Positions 32,886 to 42,316 of a DNA stretch of 64,000 nucleotides are shown piece after piece; the stretch's first letter is position 1, and each line of letters begins with the position of its first letter. This DNA comes from an uncultured Candidatus Binatia bacterium. Its GTDB lineage: Bacteria; Desulfobacterota; Binatia; UBA9968; CAXXLF01. The notes under the pieces were generated by a model, which did not search any database, was not told where the DNA came from, and saw nothing but the letters and a program-made list of their open reading frames with translations. The stretch spans positions 1,728,001 through 1,792,000 of the forward strand of contig OZ244621.1 of the NCBI GenBank assembly GCA_965218425.1. Reading direction: 5' to 3'. Made by a program: the position numbers and the translations under genes.

Positions 32886-34799
32886 ATGGAAACTTCAACC
32901 CTCCTTCGCCTCATCCCGCTGGTCCCCTTGTTAGGGTCGCTGATCAACGTCTTTTTCGGACGCCTACTGGGTCGAGCCAATGCCGGCCTGCTGGCTTGCG
33001 GCTCCATTGCGGTTTCCTTTCTTTTTTCCCTCTGGATTTTTCTGCGCCTCCCCGACGGCGGGATGATCAAAGACGTCCTGTTCACCTGGATCGAGTCTCA
33101 ACCCTTCAGGGTAGAGATCGCCTTCATGGCCGATCCCCTCACCCTAGTGATGCTCCTGGTGGTCACAGGCGTGGGACTTCTCATTCACATCTACTCCCTG
33201 GGATACATGGATCACGACGAGGGAATGATCCGCTACTTTGCCTACCTCAACCTGTTTGTCTTTTTCATGCTCGTTCTGGTCACGGCCGACAACCTCCTTC
33301 TTCTCTTCGTGGGGTGGGAGGGAGTGGGGCTTTGCTCGTACCTCCTCATTGGTTTTTGGTACCAGGATCACGCCAACACCGCAGCGGGAAACAAAGCCTT
33401 TATCGTGAACCGAGTGGGTGACTTCTGTTTTCTACTGGGAATCTTTCTGCTCTTTTGGGAGCTGGGTAGTCACGGGATCTGGACCCTGGACTTTCAAGTG
33501 CTCAAAAACCATGCTGCGGTCATATCGCCTGAGAAAATCACGCTTATCACTTTGCTTCTGTTCGCCGGTGCCACGGGAAAATCTGCACAAATTCCCCTCT
33601 TTGTTTGGCTCCCGGACGCCATGCAGGGGCCGACACCGGTGAGTGCCTTGATCCATGCGGCCACCATGGTCACAGCGGGGGTTTACATGACGGCTCGCCT
33701 CCACTTTCTATTCTTTCTAGCCCCGGCAACCCTGGCCACCATCGGTATCATAGGGGGCCTTACCGCGTTCTTTGCCGCCACCATCGCCCTCACCCAGAAC
33801 GACATCAAGCGTGTCCTGGCGTACTCCACGGTGAGCCAACTGGGGTACATGTTTCTTGCGGTGGGAGTAGGCGCGTTTTCCACCGCAATCTTTCACCTCT
33901 TTACCCACGCCTTTTTTAAAGCTTGCCTGTTCTTGAGTGCGGGAAGCGTCATCCACGGGCTCCAGGGTGAGCAGGATATGAGGAGAATGGGAGGACTCAA
34001 AGCCTATTTCCCCACCACCTACTGGACCTTTCTGATTGCGGCACTGGCCATTATCGGTGCACCCTTCACCGCCGGCTATTTTTCCAAGGATCAAATCCTG
34101 TGGCTCGAGCTCAAAGACCCGGACGGATCCGCCATGCTCTGGTTTGTGGCCTGGATCACTGCGGGGCTCACGGCCTTTTATATGTTTCGCCAGTTCTTCA
34201 TGGTTTTTCATGGTAGGTGCAAGCTCGATGAGCAGGTGAAGGCTCACGTCCATGAATCGCCAAGGGTCATGACAGTGCCATTGATGATACTCGCTCTGGG
34301 CTCCGTATTGGTGGGGTGGTTTGGCACCCCGGAATATCTGCACGAGAACCAGTGGCTTGACTGGCTCCATCCTGTTTTCGGTCCACAGGAGCAAATCCTT
34401 CACGGAGAGGTAGGCGAGGAGATTTTGTTCACATTTCTCGCGCTGGGAATTGCCGGCCTAGGGCTCTATTTGGCCTACCGGTTCCATTACCAAGAAGAGA
34501 CAACGCCTGAGACGCAAGCCGCGCAATCCGGAGGGATGTTTCATCGCTTACTCCTGAACAAGTACTACGTGGACGAAATTTACGACACTCTCTTCGTCCG
34601 TCCCCTCACTCGAGGGGCCGGCTGGTTTGCCGACACTTTTGACCTTGTCGTCATTGATCGGTTCGTCAACGGTCTGGCCAATCAGGTACGAAGCAACAGC
34701 CTCTTCTGGCGCCAACTCCAAACCGGCAACGTCCAGCATTACCTGATGTGCTTTCTCGGGGGCACGCTTCTGATCTTGGCCTATTATTTGTACGGGTAG
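32886..34799 (+). CDS. nuoL: NADH-quinone oxidoreductase subunit L
   Basis: GKSAQIPLFVWLPDAMQGPTPVSALIHAATMV. Confidence 0.96.
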   Translation: METSTLLRLIPLVPLLGSLINVFFGRLLGRANAGLLACGSIAVSFLFSLWIFLRLPDGGMIKDVLFTWIESQPFRVEIAFMADPLTLVMLLVVTGVGLLIHIYSLGYMDHDEGMIRYFAYLNLFVFFMLVLVTADNLLLLFVGWEGVGLCSYLLIGFWYQDHANTAAGNKAFIVNRVGDFCFLLGIFLLFWELGSHGIWTLDFQVLKNHAAVISPEKITLITLLLFAGATGKSAQIPLFVWLPDAMQGPTPVSALIHAATMVTAGVYMTARLHFLFFLAPATLATIGIIGGLTAFFAATIALTQNDIKRVLAYSTVSQLGYMFLAVGVGAFSTAIFHLFTHAFFKACLFLSAGSVIHGLQGEQDMRRMGGLKAYFPTTYWTFLIAALAIIGAPFTAGYFSKDQILWLELKDPDGSAMLWFVAWITAGLTAFYMFRQFFMVFHGRCKLDEQVKAHVHESPRVMTVPLMILALGSVLVGWFGTPEYLHENQWLDWLHPVFGPQEQILHGEVGEEILFTFLALGIAGLGLYLAYRFHYQEETTPETQAAQSGGMFHRLLLNKYYVDEIYDTLFVRPLTRGAGWFADTFDLVVIDRFVNGLANQVRSNSLFWRQLQTGNVQHYLMCFLGGTLLILAYYLYG

Positions 34800-34802
34800 C
34801 CA

Positions 34803-36359
34803 ATGAACGGACCATTTCTCGGAGATCTGAGTTTATTGATTTTTGTTCCCGTTGTAGGAGCCTTGGTCTTACTGTCGCTCCCCCGCGGGAAGACCTCAGT
34901 TCTGTTCGGAACGGCTCTGCTATTTCTCTTGTTCAACTTTTTCTTGTCACTCAAAATTTTTTGGCGCTTCGATCCTGCCACCGCAGAGATGCAGTTTACC
35001 GAAAGAATCCCTTGGATTCCCGCCTACGGAATTGATTATTCCATCGGCATCGACGGGCTGAGTCTTTTCCTGGTCTTGCTAACAACGTTCCTCGGACCCA
35101 TCGTGATTCTCGCCTCATGGAACGTTAATGAGAGGGTCAAAGAGTATCTTTTCTTCATGCTGATCCTGCAAACCAGCATGATCGGGACCCTAGTGGCTCT
35201 GGACCTTTTTCTCTTCTATGTGTTCTGGGAAATCATGCTACTGCCCATGTACTTTATCATCGGCATATGGGGCGGGCCGCGACGCGTCTATGCGGCTGTG
35301 AAGTTCGTCATCTATACCATGAGCGGGAGCCTCCTTATGCTGGTGGCAATTATTTACCTTGCCGCGGCAGCGGGCCAGCTGACCCAGTCTACGACCTTTG
35401 ACCTGCTTCGCATTTCCGAGGTTCGACTCCCGTACCAGACGCAGTTATGGCTCTTTTTGGCCTTTGGTCTCTCCTTCGCCATCAAGGTCCCTCTCTTTCC
35501 CTTCCACACCTGGCTCCCCGACGCCCATGTGGAGGCACCCACTGGCGGATCGGTCATTCTAGCCGGGGTCCTGCTGAAGATGGGAACCTATGGTTTTCTC
35601 CGCTTTGCTATCCCTCTTTTTCCCGACGCTACCATCGCCGCTGGCCCATTCATCACGGCTCTAGCCGTCATTGGCATTATTTACGGAGCGTTGGTGGCCA
35701 TGATGCAATCAGATCTGAAAAAACTCGTGGCATACTCCTCTGTGAGCCACCTAGGCTTCGTCATGCTGGGTATCTTTACCCTTAACCTCCAGGGAATTCA
35801 GGGTTCCATTTACCAAATGCTTAACCATGGTCTTTCCACGGGGGCCCTCTTCCTGGCCGTAGGAATGATCTATGAGCGGCGTCACACCCGCATGATCGCC
35901 GACTTCGGTGGCCTGTGGAAACCCCTTCCTATTTTCTCAGCCTGTTTTTTGGTGGTTACTCTATCCTCCATAGGTCTTCCCGGCTTGAATGGTTTCGTTG
36001 GAGAATTTTTAATCCTTTTAGGCGCGTTTAAAACCACTCCCTTCTGGACCGCCTGGGCCACCACCGGTATCGTGTTGGCAGCCACTTACATGCTCTGGAT
36101 GTATCGCCGAGTTATATTCGGACCGGTGAAGCCCGAGAATCAAAACCTCAAGGACATGGGGACGAGGGAAATGGTTATCCTTGCTCCAATCCTTGCCTTA
36201 ATCGTTCTCATGGGAATCTACCCGCAACCCTTTTTAAGTCGAATGCAGCCAACCGTCCAAAGGATCATCACCACAGTCAGCCACAAAACGGCCCTTTCCT
36301 CGCCTTCCACCAGTGGTTTGACGGCGGAAGGCGAGGAGCGGAGGGGCGATGCCGGCTGA
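34803..36359 (+). CDS. nuoM: NADH-quinone oxidoreductase subunit M
   Basis: PFHTWLPDAHVEAPT, LVAYSSVSH. Confidence 0.96.
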   Translation: MNGPFLGDLSLLIFVPVVGALVLLSLPRGKTSVLFGTALLFLLFNFFLSLKIFWRFDPATAEMQFTERIPWIPAYGIDYSIGIDGLSLFLVLLTTFLGPIVILASWNVNERVKEYLFFMLILQTSMIGTLVALDLFLFYVFWEIMLLPMYFIIGIWGGPRRVYAAVKFVIYTMSGSLLMLVAIIYLAAAAGQLTQSTTFDLLRISEVRLPYQTQLWLFLAFGLSFAIKVPLFPFHTWLPDAHVEAPTGGSVILAGVLLKMGTYGFLRFAIPLFPDATIAAGPFITALAVIGIIYGALVAMMQSDLKKLVAYSSVSHLGFVMLGIFTLNLQGIQGSIYQMLNHGLSTGALFLAVGMIYERRHTRMIADFGGLWKPLPIFSACFLVVTLSSIGLPGLNGFVGEFLILLGAFKTTPFWTAWATTGIVLAATYMLWMYRRVIFGPVKPENQNLKDMGTREMVILAPILALIVLMGIYPQPFLSRMQPTVQRIITTVSHKTALSSPSTSGLTAEGEERRGDAG

Positions 36360-37815
36360 CCCGACTCCCTTCGCATCCATGGCCGAATTGGCCCTTGTTA
36401 GCCCGGCCATTGAGCTCCTCCTGGCAGCCTTAGCCGTCATCCTCTTTGACCTCTACTTAAAAGAGAACGAGAAGGGTCTTTTGACATGGATCAGCGTCAT
36501 TGGCTTGGTGATTGCCGGCGCTATGACTTTTACCTTTTGGCCTACTGGAAATGGAGCGTTTCTGGAGAGCATCCGAGTTGATGGCTTCAGTCTCTTTTTT
36601 GCCAATTTGCTCCTGGGTGCCGCGGTTATCACTATTCTTTCTTCTGTGCACTACTTACGCGAAACGAACATTCGCAATGGGGCGTACCATGCCCTGATTC
36701 TGCTGAGTACCCTGGGAATGATCCTTATGGCCATGGCCAATGATCTCATTCTTTTCTTTCTCGCCCTGGAGACCATGTCCATCGCCGTCTATGTTCTCAC
36801 TGGCATGTGGCGTCAGAGAATAGAGGCCGGCGAAGCGGCCATGAAGTATTTTCTAAATGGTGCCTTTGCCTCCGGATTTCTTCTCTACGGAATCGCCTTG
36901 ATCTATGGGGCCACCGGGTCCACCAACTTAACTCGTATCTCAGCCTCTCTCACTCAATCCACCATCGCCGAGAATCCCCTTCTTTTGGCGGGGGTCTTTC
37001 TTTTGCTCATCGGCCTCGCATTCAAAGTCGCTGCCGTGCCATTCCATTTCTGGGTGCCGGATGTATACGATGGAGCCCCCACGTCAGTCACGGGCTTCAT
37101 GTCCGTCGCGGTAAAGGCCGCTGCCTTTGCCGGTTGGACCCGTATTCTGATGCATCAATTGGCCCCCCTCCATGCTGAGTTGTCCTTCGTGCTGTGGGCC
37201 CTGGCGGTTCTCACCATGACGGTGGGTAATGTTCTTGCCATTTCGCAGACCAGCGTGAAGCGTATGCTTGCCTATTCCAGCATCGCCCATGCCGGCTATT
37301 TACTCATCGGGGTTGTGGCGGGGGAAAAGTTCGCAGGCTCCGCCATTCTCTTTTACCTTCTGGTTTATACGGCAATGACACTGGGAGCCTTCGGGGTGCT
37401 CATGGCACTCAAGGATAATGAAACCGCAAACGAGCACTATAGTGATCTTGCCGGAATCGGGTTCAAACGTCCCTTTCTAGGCATGGCCATGTCTATCTTC
37501 ATGCTCTCCCTTGCGGGGTTCCCTCCGCTTGGAGGATTTACCGCAAAGTTCTACCTATTCCGATCGGCTATCGAAGCCGATCACACTGCGCTGGCTGTTA
37601 TCGGTGTTTTGAACAGCCTCCTCTCGGTGATCTACTATCTCCGGGTCATTGTGATGATGTATATGGAGGAGGGGACAGTTGAAGGAAAAACCTTTAGCAG
37701 CGCTCCCTACCTTTACGTTGCCATTGCCATCACTGTATTGGGAACCCTTTACCTGGGTATCGCGCCGGCATTGTCCCTGGATCTCAGCCGACTATCCTTT
37801 GCTTCGCTACGATAA
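36349..37815 (+). CDS. nuoN: NADH-quinone oxidoreductase subunit N
   Basis: PFHFWVPDVYDGAP, KRMLAYSSIAHAGY. Confidence 0.96.
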   Translation: MPADPTPFASMAELALVSPAIELLLAALAVILFDLYLKENEKGLLTWISVIGLVIAGAMTFTFWPTGNGAFLESIRVDGFSLFFANLLLGAAVITILSSVHYLRETNIRNGAYHALILLSTLGMILMAMANDLILFFLALETMSIAVYVLTGMWRQRIEAGEAAMKYFLNGAFASGFLLYGIALIYGATGSTNLTRISASLTQSTIAENPLLLAGVFLLLIGLAFKVAAVPFHFWVPDVYDGAPTSVTGFMSVAVKAAAFAGWTRILMHQLAPLHAELSFVLWALAVLTMTVGNVLAISQTSVKRMLAYSSIAHAGYLLIGVVAGEKFAGSAILFYLLVYTAMTLGAFGVLMALKDNETANEHYSDLAGIGFKRPFLGMAMSIFMLSLAGFPPLGGFTAKFYLFRSAIEADHTALAVIGVLNSLLSVIYYLRVIVMMYMEEGTVEGKTFSSAPYLYVAIAITVLGTLYLGIAPALSLDLSRLSFASLR

Positions 37816-37876
37816 ACTAATTCGCGCACGGCCTGAGACTCCTTCTCCGAGGGGCTCGCCCAAAGGCAGGCTGTTA

Positions 37877-37970
37877 CGAGGGGAGAGAGACGTAAGGCTG
37901 TGGGCATAGAACGTGCTGCTTCAGATATTCACAGACTTATTGCCCACGGCCGGAGGCTCGCTCCCCGAGG
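37877..37970 (+). repeat. Structured dispersed repeat, copy A
   Basis: CGAGGGGAGAGAGACGTAAGGCTGTGGGCA...TGCCCACGGCCGGAGGCTCGCTCCCCGAGG; homologous to 46657-46751 and 62334-62424. Confidence 0.8.
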
Positions 37971-38044
37971 AGAAGGTAAGCTTTGGAAGGTCGCTCCACC
38001 GGTATTGGCGGGGGAGTGGACTGCTGGGCTCGAGGTCAGAAGAA

Positions 38045-38232
38045 ATTAACCGCAGATTGGCGTGGATAAAGATTCGGAGATTTCACCGCAGAGACGCCGA
38101 GGGCAAGGCGAAGCAGTACTGAGGACTGAGTGGGGGTTCAAAAATAGGGTTGGGAAGAAAGCGTAAAATGTTAAGCGAATAACGGTTAGCAGTGATGAGT
38201 CCGGAGCTGACGGCTGATGGCTCTTAGCGCTA
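38045..38232. repeat. Island of degenerate 7/9-mer repeats
   Basis: ACCGCAGATT, TTCACCGCAGAGACGCCGAG, GTACTGAGGACTGAGTGGGGG, GCTGACGGCTGATGGCT. Confidence 0.5.
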
Positions 38233-38235
38233 TTC

Positions 38236-39033
38236 TTAGATTCCAAAAACATTGTGGGCATTCGCGTTGGTGGTTTCCGCCACCTCATTCAAGGTTAGTC
38301 CTTTGACCTGGGCAATGACCTTCGCAACGAACCGTACGAATGCAGGTTCATTACGTTTACCCCGATGAGGGACGGGGGCGAGATAAGGAGAATCGGTCTC
38401 CACCATGATCCGATCCATGGGAACCTCGCGTACCACCTCTCGCAACGATTCGGCATTCTTGAATGTTATGATGCCCGTGAAGGAAAGGTAAAATCCCAGA
38501 TCTAAAAACGCCTTCGCCGCCTTCAGGTCACCGGTAAAACAGTGAATGACACCGGGAACCTCACCCTGGCCGTAAGTTCGAATCAACTCCTCTACTTCCT
38601 CGTGGGCGTCGCGATCATGGACCACCAGTGGTAGCTTCGTCTCGCGCGCCAAATGGATAAAGCGGCTAAAGACTTCCATCTGGACGCCTCGGGGCGAATG
38701 CTCATAATAAAAATCCAACCCGGTTTCCCCCACGGCCACCACTTTCGGGTCCTCAGTGAGGGCCCTGAGCTTCTGGACATCTTCGTCCGTCACGTGGCGC
38801 GCGTCATGGGGATGCATCCCAACCGTCGCAAATACGCCCGCATGGTGTTGTGCAATCTCTAATCCGGACTCATTGGTGGTAAGCTCCCCTGCGCCTCCCA
38901 CCACAATGATCTTTTCCACCCCTGCCTCATGGGCACGATTCACCACCTGATCCACATCATCGGCGAAATTTTCCGATTGTATGTGAGCGTGGGTATCAAT
39001 CAGCGATGCCGTCATTTTGTCTCTTTGGTTCAT
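38236..39033 (-). CDS. tatD: TatD family deoxyribonuclease
   Basis: IDTHAH, GMHPHDA, VGETGLD, VIHCFTG, VETDSPYLAP. Confidence 0.93.
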   Translation of the reverse strand: MNQRDKMTASLIDTHAHIQSENFADDVDQVVNRAHEAGVEKIIVVGGAGELTTNESGLEIAQHHAGVFATVGMHPHDARHVTDEDVQKLRALTEDPKVVAVGETGLDFYYEHSPRGVQMEVFSRFIHLARETKLPLVVHDRDAHEEVEELIRTYGQGEVPGVIHCFTGDLKAAKAFLDLGFYLSFTGIITFKNAESLREVVREVPMDRIMVETDSPYLAPVPHRGKRNEPAFVRFVAKVIAQVKGLTLNEVAETTNANAHNVFGI

Positions 39034-39084
39034 TCAGTCTATTCCGTCTATCTCGTCAAACTTTAAATGATTCCCTAAAAAGTA

Positions 39085-39259
39085 GCTACCGCATGCACCC
39101 GAGGGGCGAGTCCTGAAGAGCGCGGGCATAGGAGCGTAGAGGTTGCTTTCAGGCCCGGGCGGCCATTTGGCCGCCCCTAGAGCGGATGGGGTGGTGGCCC
39201 TCAAGGTACAGACCCATTGCCCGCGCTCGGAAGGGCTTAGCCCGAGGGGGCACGGTAGC
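39085..39259 (+). ncRNA. Long rod-like hairpin; diverged member of the structured repeat family (candidate ncRNA)
   Basis: Nested inverted repeats GCTACCG/CGGTAGC, GAGCGCGGGCA/TGCCCGCGCTC and GGGCGGCCA/TGGCCGCCC. Confidence 0.4.
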
Positions 39260-39294
39260 ATCACTTTGCTAGATACTGATTAACCCATCAAGAT

Positions 39295-39507
39295 TTCGCC
39301 CACCTCGTTTATTCGGTCTAAGCTGTCTATCTCGTCTGTTTCGTCAATTCCCTTTGTCACGTCTATCTATTCAGTTGTGTCATTTTATCGTTATCGTATA
39401 TTTCGTCCATCTCGTTAATTCCGTCCGCCCCTTCAAACCAAAACGACCAAAGAGACCAAATGAACCGAAGAGACTAGATAGACCGAATAGACCTAACGAC
39501 CAGATAG
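39295..39507. repeat. Two oppositely oriented degenerate 9-bp tandem arrays
   Basis: GTCTAT(C/T)TCG-like units (~39295-39425) followed by the inverse GAC(C/T)(A/G)(A/G)ATA-like units (~39435-39507). Confidence 0.7.
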
Positions 39508-39508
39508 G

Positions 39509-41047
39509 CTAATCAGTTGCTATCCTGGGAAAAAGGACCTTTGGCGGTTTCACCTGGTGATCTGGGGGGAAAAAGGTTCCCCAGGGGATCTGAACTGTGG
39601 CTTCCCCGTCGGGAATGTCCAGGAGCGATTGAATCTCCTTAGCTGTGTCCGGTAGAAATGGAGCGAGAAGTTCTGCCGTCAGTCTGAGTGATTCCAACAG
39701 GTGGTGTAGTATCTCTCCGACCCTGGGCTTATTGCCTGGATCTTTCATCAACACGAACGGTGAGGTCTGAACGATATACTGATTGGTCCGGTCTAGGGCG
39801 ACCCAAACGGCCTCCAAGGCCCGGTGAAAACCGAGCCGATCCATATGTCGGTGGACCTCCGCGGCGGTGTCGAGGAACGCATCCCTGAGCCTCAAGTCTT
39901 CCTCAGCCCAGGATTTTCCCAAGGGTTGAACCATGCCGTTGAAATACCTCTTTTGCATGGCGAGGACTCGACTGACCAAATTCCCAAGATTGTTGGCCAG
40001 GTCGGCGTTGACACGGTTAACAAATCCCTCAAGGGAAAATACCGCATCCTGACCGAATACCATGTCGCGCAGAAGAAAGTAACGGAAGGAGTCCATGGAG
40101 TAGCGCTCTTTCATCTCCAGGGGACGAACCACGTTGCCCAGACTTTTGGACATCTTGCCGGAATCCATGAGCCAGTATCCATGGACATAGAGGTGCTCAT
40201 AACATGGAAGCCCCGCGGCCATGAGCATGGTAGGCCAAAAGACCGCGTGGGGTTTCAAGATGTCCTTGGCAATGAGATGATTGGCCTTTGGCCAATAGGT
40301 CTGAAAGCTATCCCTACCCAGTTGTTCAAGGGCGCTCACGTAATTGATCAGCGCGTCAAACCAAACGTAAGTGACATAGTCTCCGTCAAAGGGGAGTGGA
40401 ATACCCCAGTCCAGCCGGCTTTTTGGACGCGAAATGCAGAGGTCTTCCAGAGGCTCGCGCAGGAACGACAGCACTTCCGTACGGTAATGCTCCGGCTGGA
40501 TAAAGTCCGGCCTGGACTGAATGTGTTCCAAAAGCTGCTGCTGGTATTTCCCCATGCGGAAGAAGTAGTTTTTTTCCTGAATGTAAGTAGGCTCTGTCTG
40601 ATGATCAGGGCATTTTTTGTCCACTAACTCTTTTTCCGTGTAGAAACGCTCGCAGCCGAAACAGTAATATCCGCCGTACTCGCCAAAATAGATATCTCCC
40701 GCATCATAGATTTTTCGCAGGGTCTCTTGGACCGTTTTCTTGTGATAGGAATCCGTTGTCCGAATAAAAAAATCATAAGAGATATCGCAAGCGTCCCAGG
40801 TGGAGCGAAAAAGGGAACTGATACGATCAGCGTAGGCTTTAGGGTCCGTCCCGCTTTCCTTGGCCGCCTGGGCGATCTTGTCCCCATGCTCATCGGTGCC
40901 CGTGAGCAGGAAGGCTTGGACTCCCTGGCTCCGGTGATACCGTTTCAAAGTATCGGCAACGATCGTGGTATAGGTGTGGCCAAGGTGCGGCTCGGCGTTC
41001 ACGTAATATAGAGGGGTTGTTAGGTAAAGAGAACTCATAGCGCCCAT
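39509..41047 (-). CDS. metG: Methionyl-tRNA synthetase (short form, no C-terminal tRNA-binding domain)
   Basis: PHLGH (HIGH), GTDEHG, YVWFDAL, KMSKS. Confidence 0.97.
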   Translation of the reverse strand: MGAMSSLYLTTPLYYVNAEPHLGHTYTTIVADTLKRYHRSQGVQAFLLTGTDEHGDKIAQAAKESGTDPKAYADRISSLFRSTWDACDISYDFFIRTTDSYHKKTVQETLRKIYDAGDIYFGEYGGYYCFGCERFYTEKELVDKKCPDHQTEPTYIQEKNYFFRMGKYQQQLLEHIQSRPDFIQPEHYRTEVLSFLREPLEDLCISRPKSRLDWGIPLPFDGDYVTYVWFDALINYVSALEQLGRDSFQTYWPKANHLIAKDILKPHAVFWPTMLMAAGLPCYEHLYVHGYWLMDSGKMSKSLGNVVRPLEMKERYSMDSFRYFLLRDMVFGQDAVFSLEGFVNRVNADLANNLGNLVSRVLAMQKRYFNGMVQPLGKSWAEEDLRLRDAFLDTAAEVHRHMDRLGFHRALEAVWVALDRTNQYIVQTSPFVLMKDPGNKPRVGEILHHLLESLRLTAELLAPFLPDTAKEIQSLLDIPDGEATVQIPWGTFFPPDHQVKPPKVLFPRIATD

Positions 41048-41063
41048 TCAGTTGGGATCTGTG

Positions 41064-42062
41064 TCAGAGGCGTGGTGGGTCTCCACCCACTACCCGAATC
41101 AAGAAATCTTCCAACACCAGCCGGCGATTGTAATTCCTTTGAAGTTTTTGAGCTACACTTCCCACCTTTGAAAGGACGTAAAGGGTTTGATGCAAGGAAT
41201 GATTCGAGGCGGCGTCACGAATTTTATGGACCAGGTCGGAGTTTTTCATTTCAATTTCCGAACCTGCGGTCTGCTGGATTAAAATGTCCCGGTACCATTC
41301 TCTGATCCACTGCAGAGCCCGCACCGCCTTTTCCCTGTCCCGCGCCATCTCCTCGGCCAGTGTGACCATTCCTCGATAGTCTCCCCGAGAAAGGGACGAA
41401 AAGCGCTCGATCCATCGATTGCGCTCTTCCAGTAGCCCCTCCGCGTCGCATGTCAGGGCTTCTCCCAAACTTCCTCCGGTCAGCATGGCCAGAACCGACG
41501 CCTGATCCTGTGGCGTCCCCTGCTGACTTACGAGAAAGCCTGCCACTTCATCCACTGACAGAAAGGTAAAATAAAGGCGCAGGCAGCGGGACAACACGGT
41601 GGACAACAGGCTGCCGGTGCTATTGGCCACCAGAATGATCAAGGCATCGCCCGGCGGGTCTTCGAGGGTCTTCAGCAGAGAGTTCTGTGCATGGAAATTC
41701 ATCTGGTGGGCTGGATCAATGATGGCCACCTTTTTCTTCCTTGAGAAAGATCGAAATTCCAACATGCGTTGAAGGTCTCTCATCTGCTGGATCGTGATCT
41801 CTCGCTTGGTGGCCTCAGGGCCGACGATCCGCACATCAGGGTGGTTCCCATCTCCAATGCGGTGGCAATTCTCGCACCGACCGCAGCTATCAGCATCGCC
41901 TTGAGTGCAATGGATGGCCAAAGCAAGAGCCAGTGCAACGGTTCGCTTGCCGACCCCGTCAGGACCCACAAAAAGATAAGCGTGGTGCAGGCGGTCGCTT
42001 TCCAGTGCCTTTTTCAGCACCTCCACTTGCCTCTGATGACCGAGAATATTGGAAAAAGACAT
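41064..42062 (-). CDS. holB: DNA polymerase III delta' subunit
   Basis: HAYLFVGPDGVGK, Zn motif C..CGRCENC, HPD, NSLLKTLEDP, SRC; lies between tmk and metG. Confidence 0.93.
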   Translation of the reverse strand: MSFSNILGHQRQVEVLKKALESDRLHHAYLFVGPDGVGKRTVALALALAIHCTQGDADSCGRCENCHRIGDGNHPDVRIVGPEATKREITIQQMRDLQRMLEFRSFSRKKKVAIIDPAHQMNFHAQNSLLKTLEDPPGDALIILVANSTGSLLSTVLSRCLRLYFTFLSVDEVAGFLVSQQGTPQDQASVLAMLTGGSLGEALTCDAEGLLEERNRWIERFSSLSRGDYRGMVTLAEEMARDREKAVRALQWIREWYRDILIQQTAGSEIEMKNSDLVHKIRDAASNHSLHQTLYVLSKVGSVAQKLQRNYNRRLVLEDFLIRVVGGDPPRL

Positions 42063-42079
42063 TATTTACTCTCTAACAA

Positions 42080-42275
42080 CTCAACCGCAGATTTTCGCCG
42101 ATTATCGCAGATACTTAACAGCAAAGAGCATAGCGCTAAGGGCACAGGGTCCTGACCCGGTGATTAGTGTTAAGGGCTCAATGGTTAGATTAGAGTACAG
42201 GGTTTGGACTTCACCTCCTCCTATTCCCTACACCCTTTCTTAATCCCCACTCAGTTCCAGTACTCGTTGCCTGTC
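42080..42275. repeat. Island of degenerate 7/9-mer repeats between tmk and holB
   Basis: ACCGCAGATTTTCGCCGATTATCGCAGAT, GCAAAGAGCATAGCGCTAAGGGCA, and CCCCACTCAGTTCCAGTAC (near-inverse of the 38116 unit). Confidence 0.5.
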
Positions 42276-42316
42276 ACTGAAATCAACGCTTTTGCGCGAG
42301 TTATTTTTTTGTCGTC

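Noticed and set aside
39295..39507. CRISPR array
   Set aside because: Units are contiguous degenerate 9-mers with no unique spacers, and there are no cas genes.
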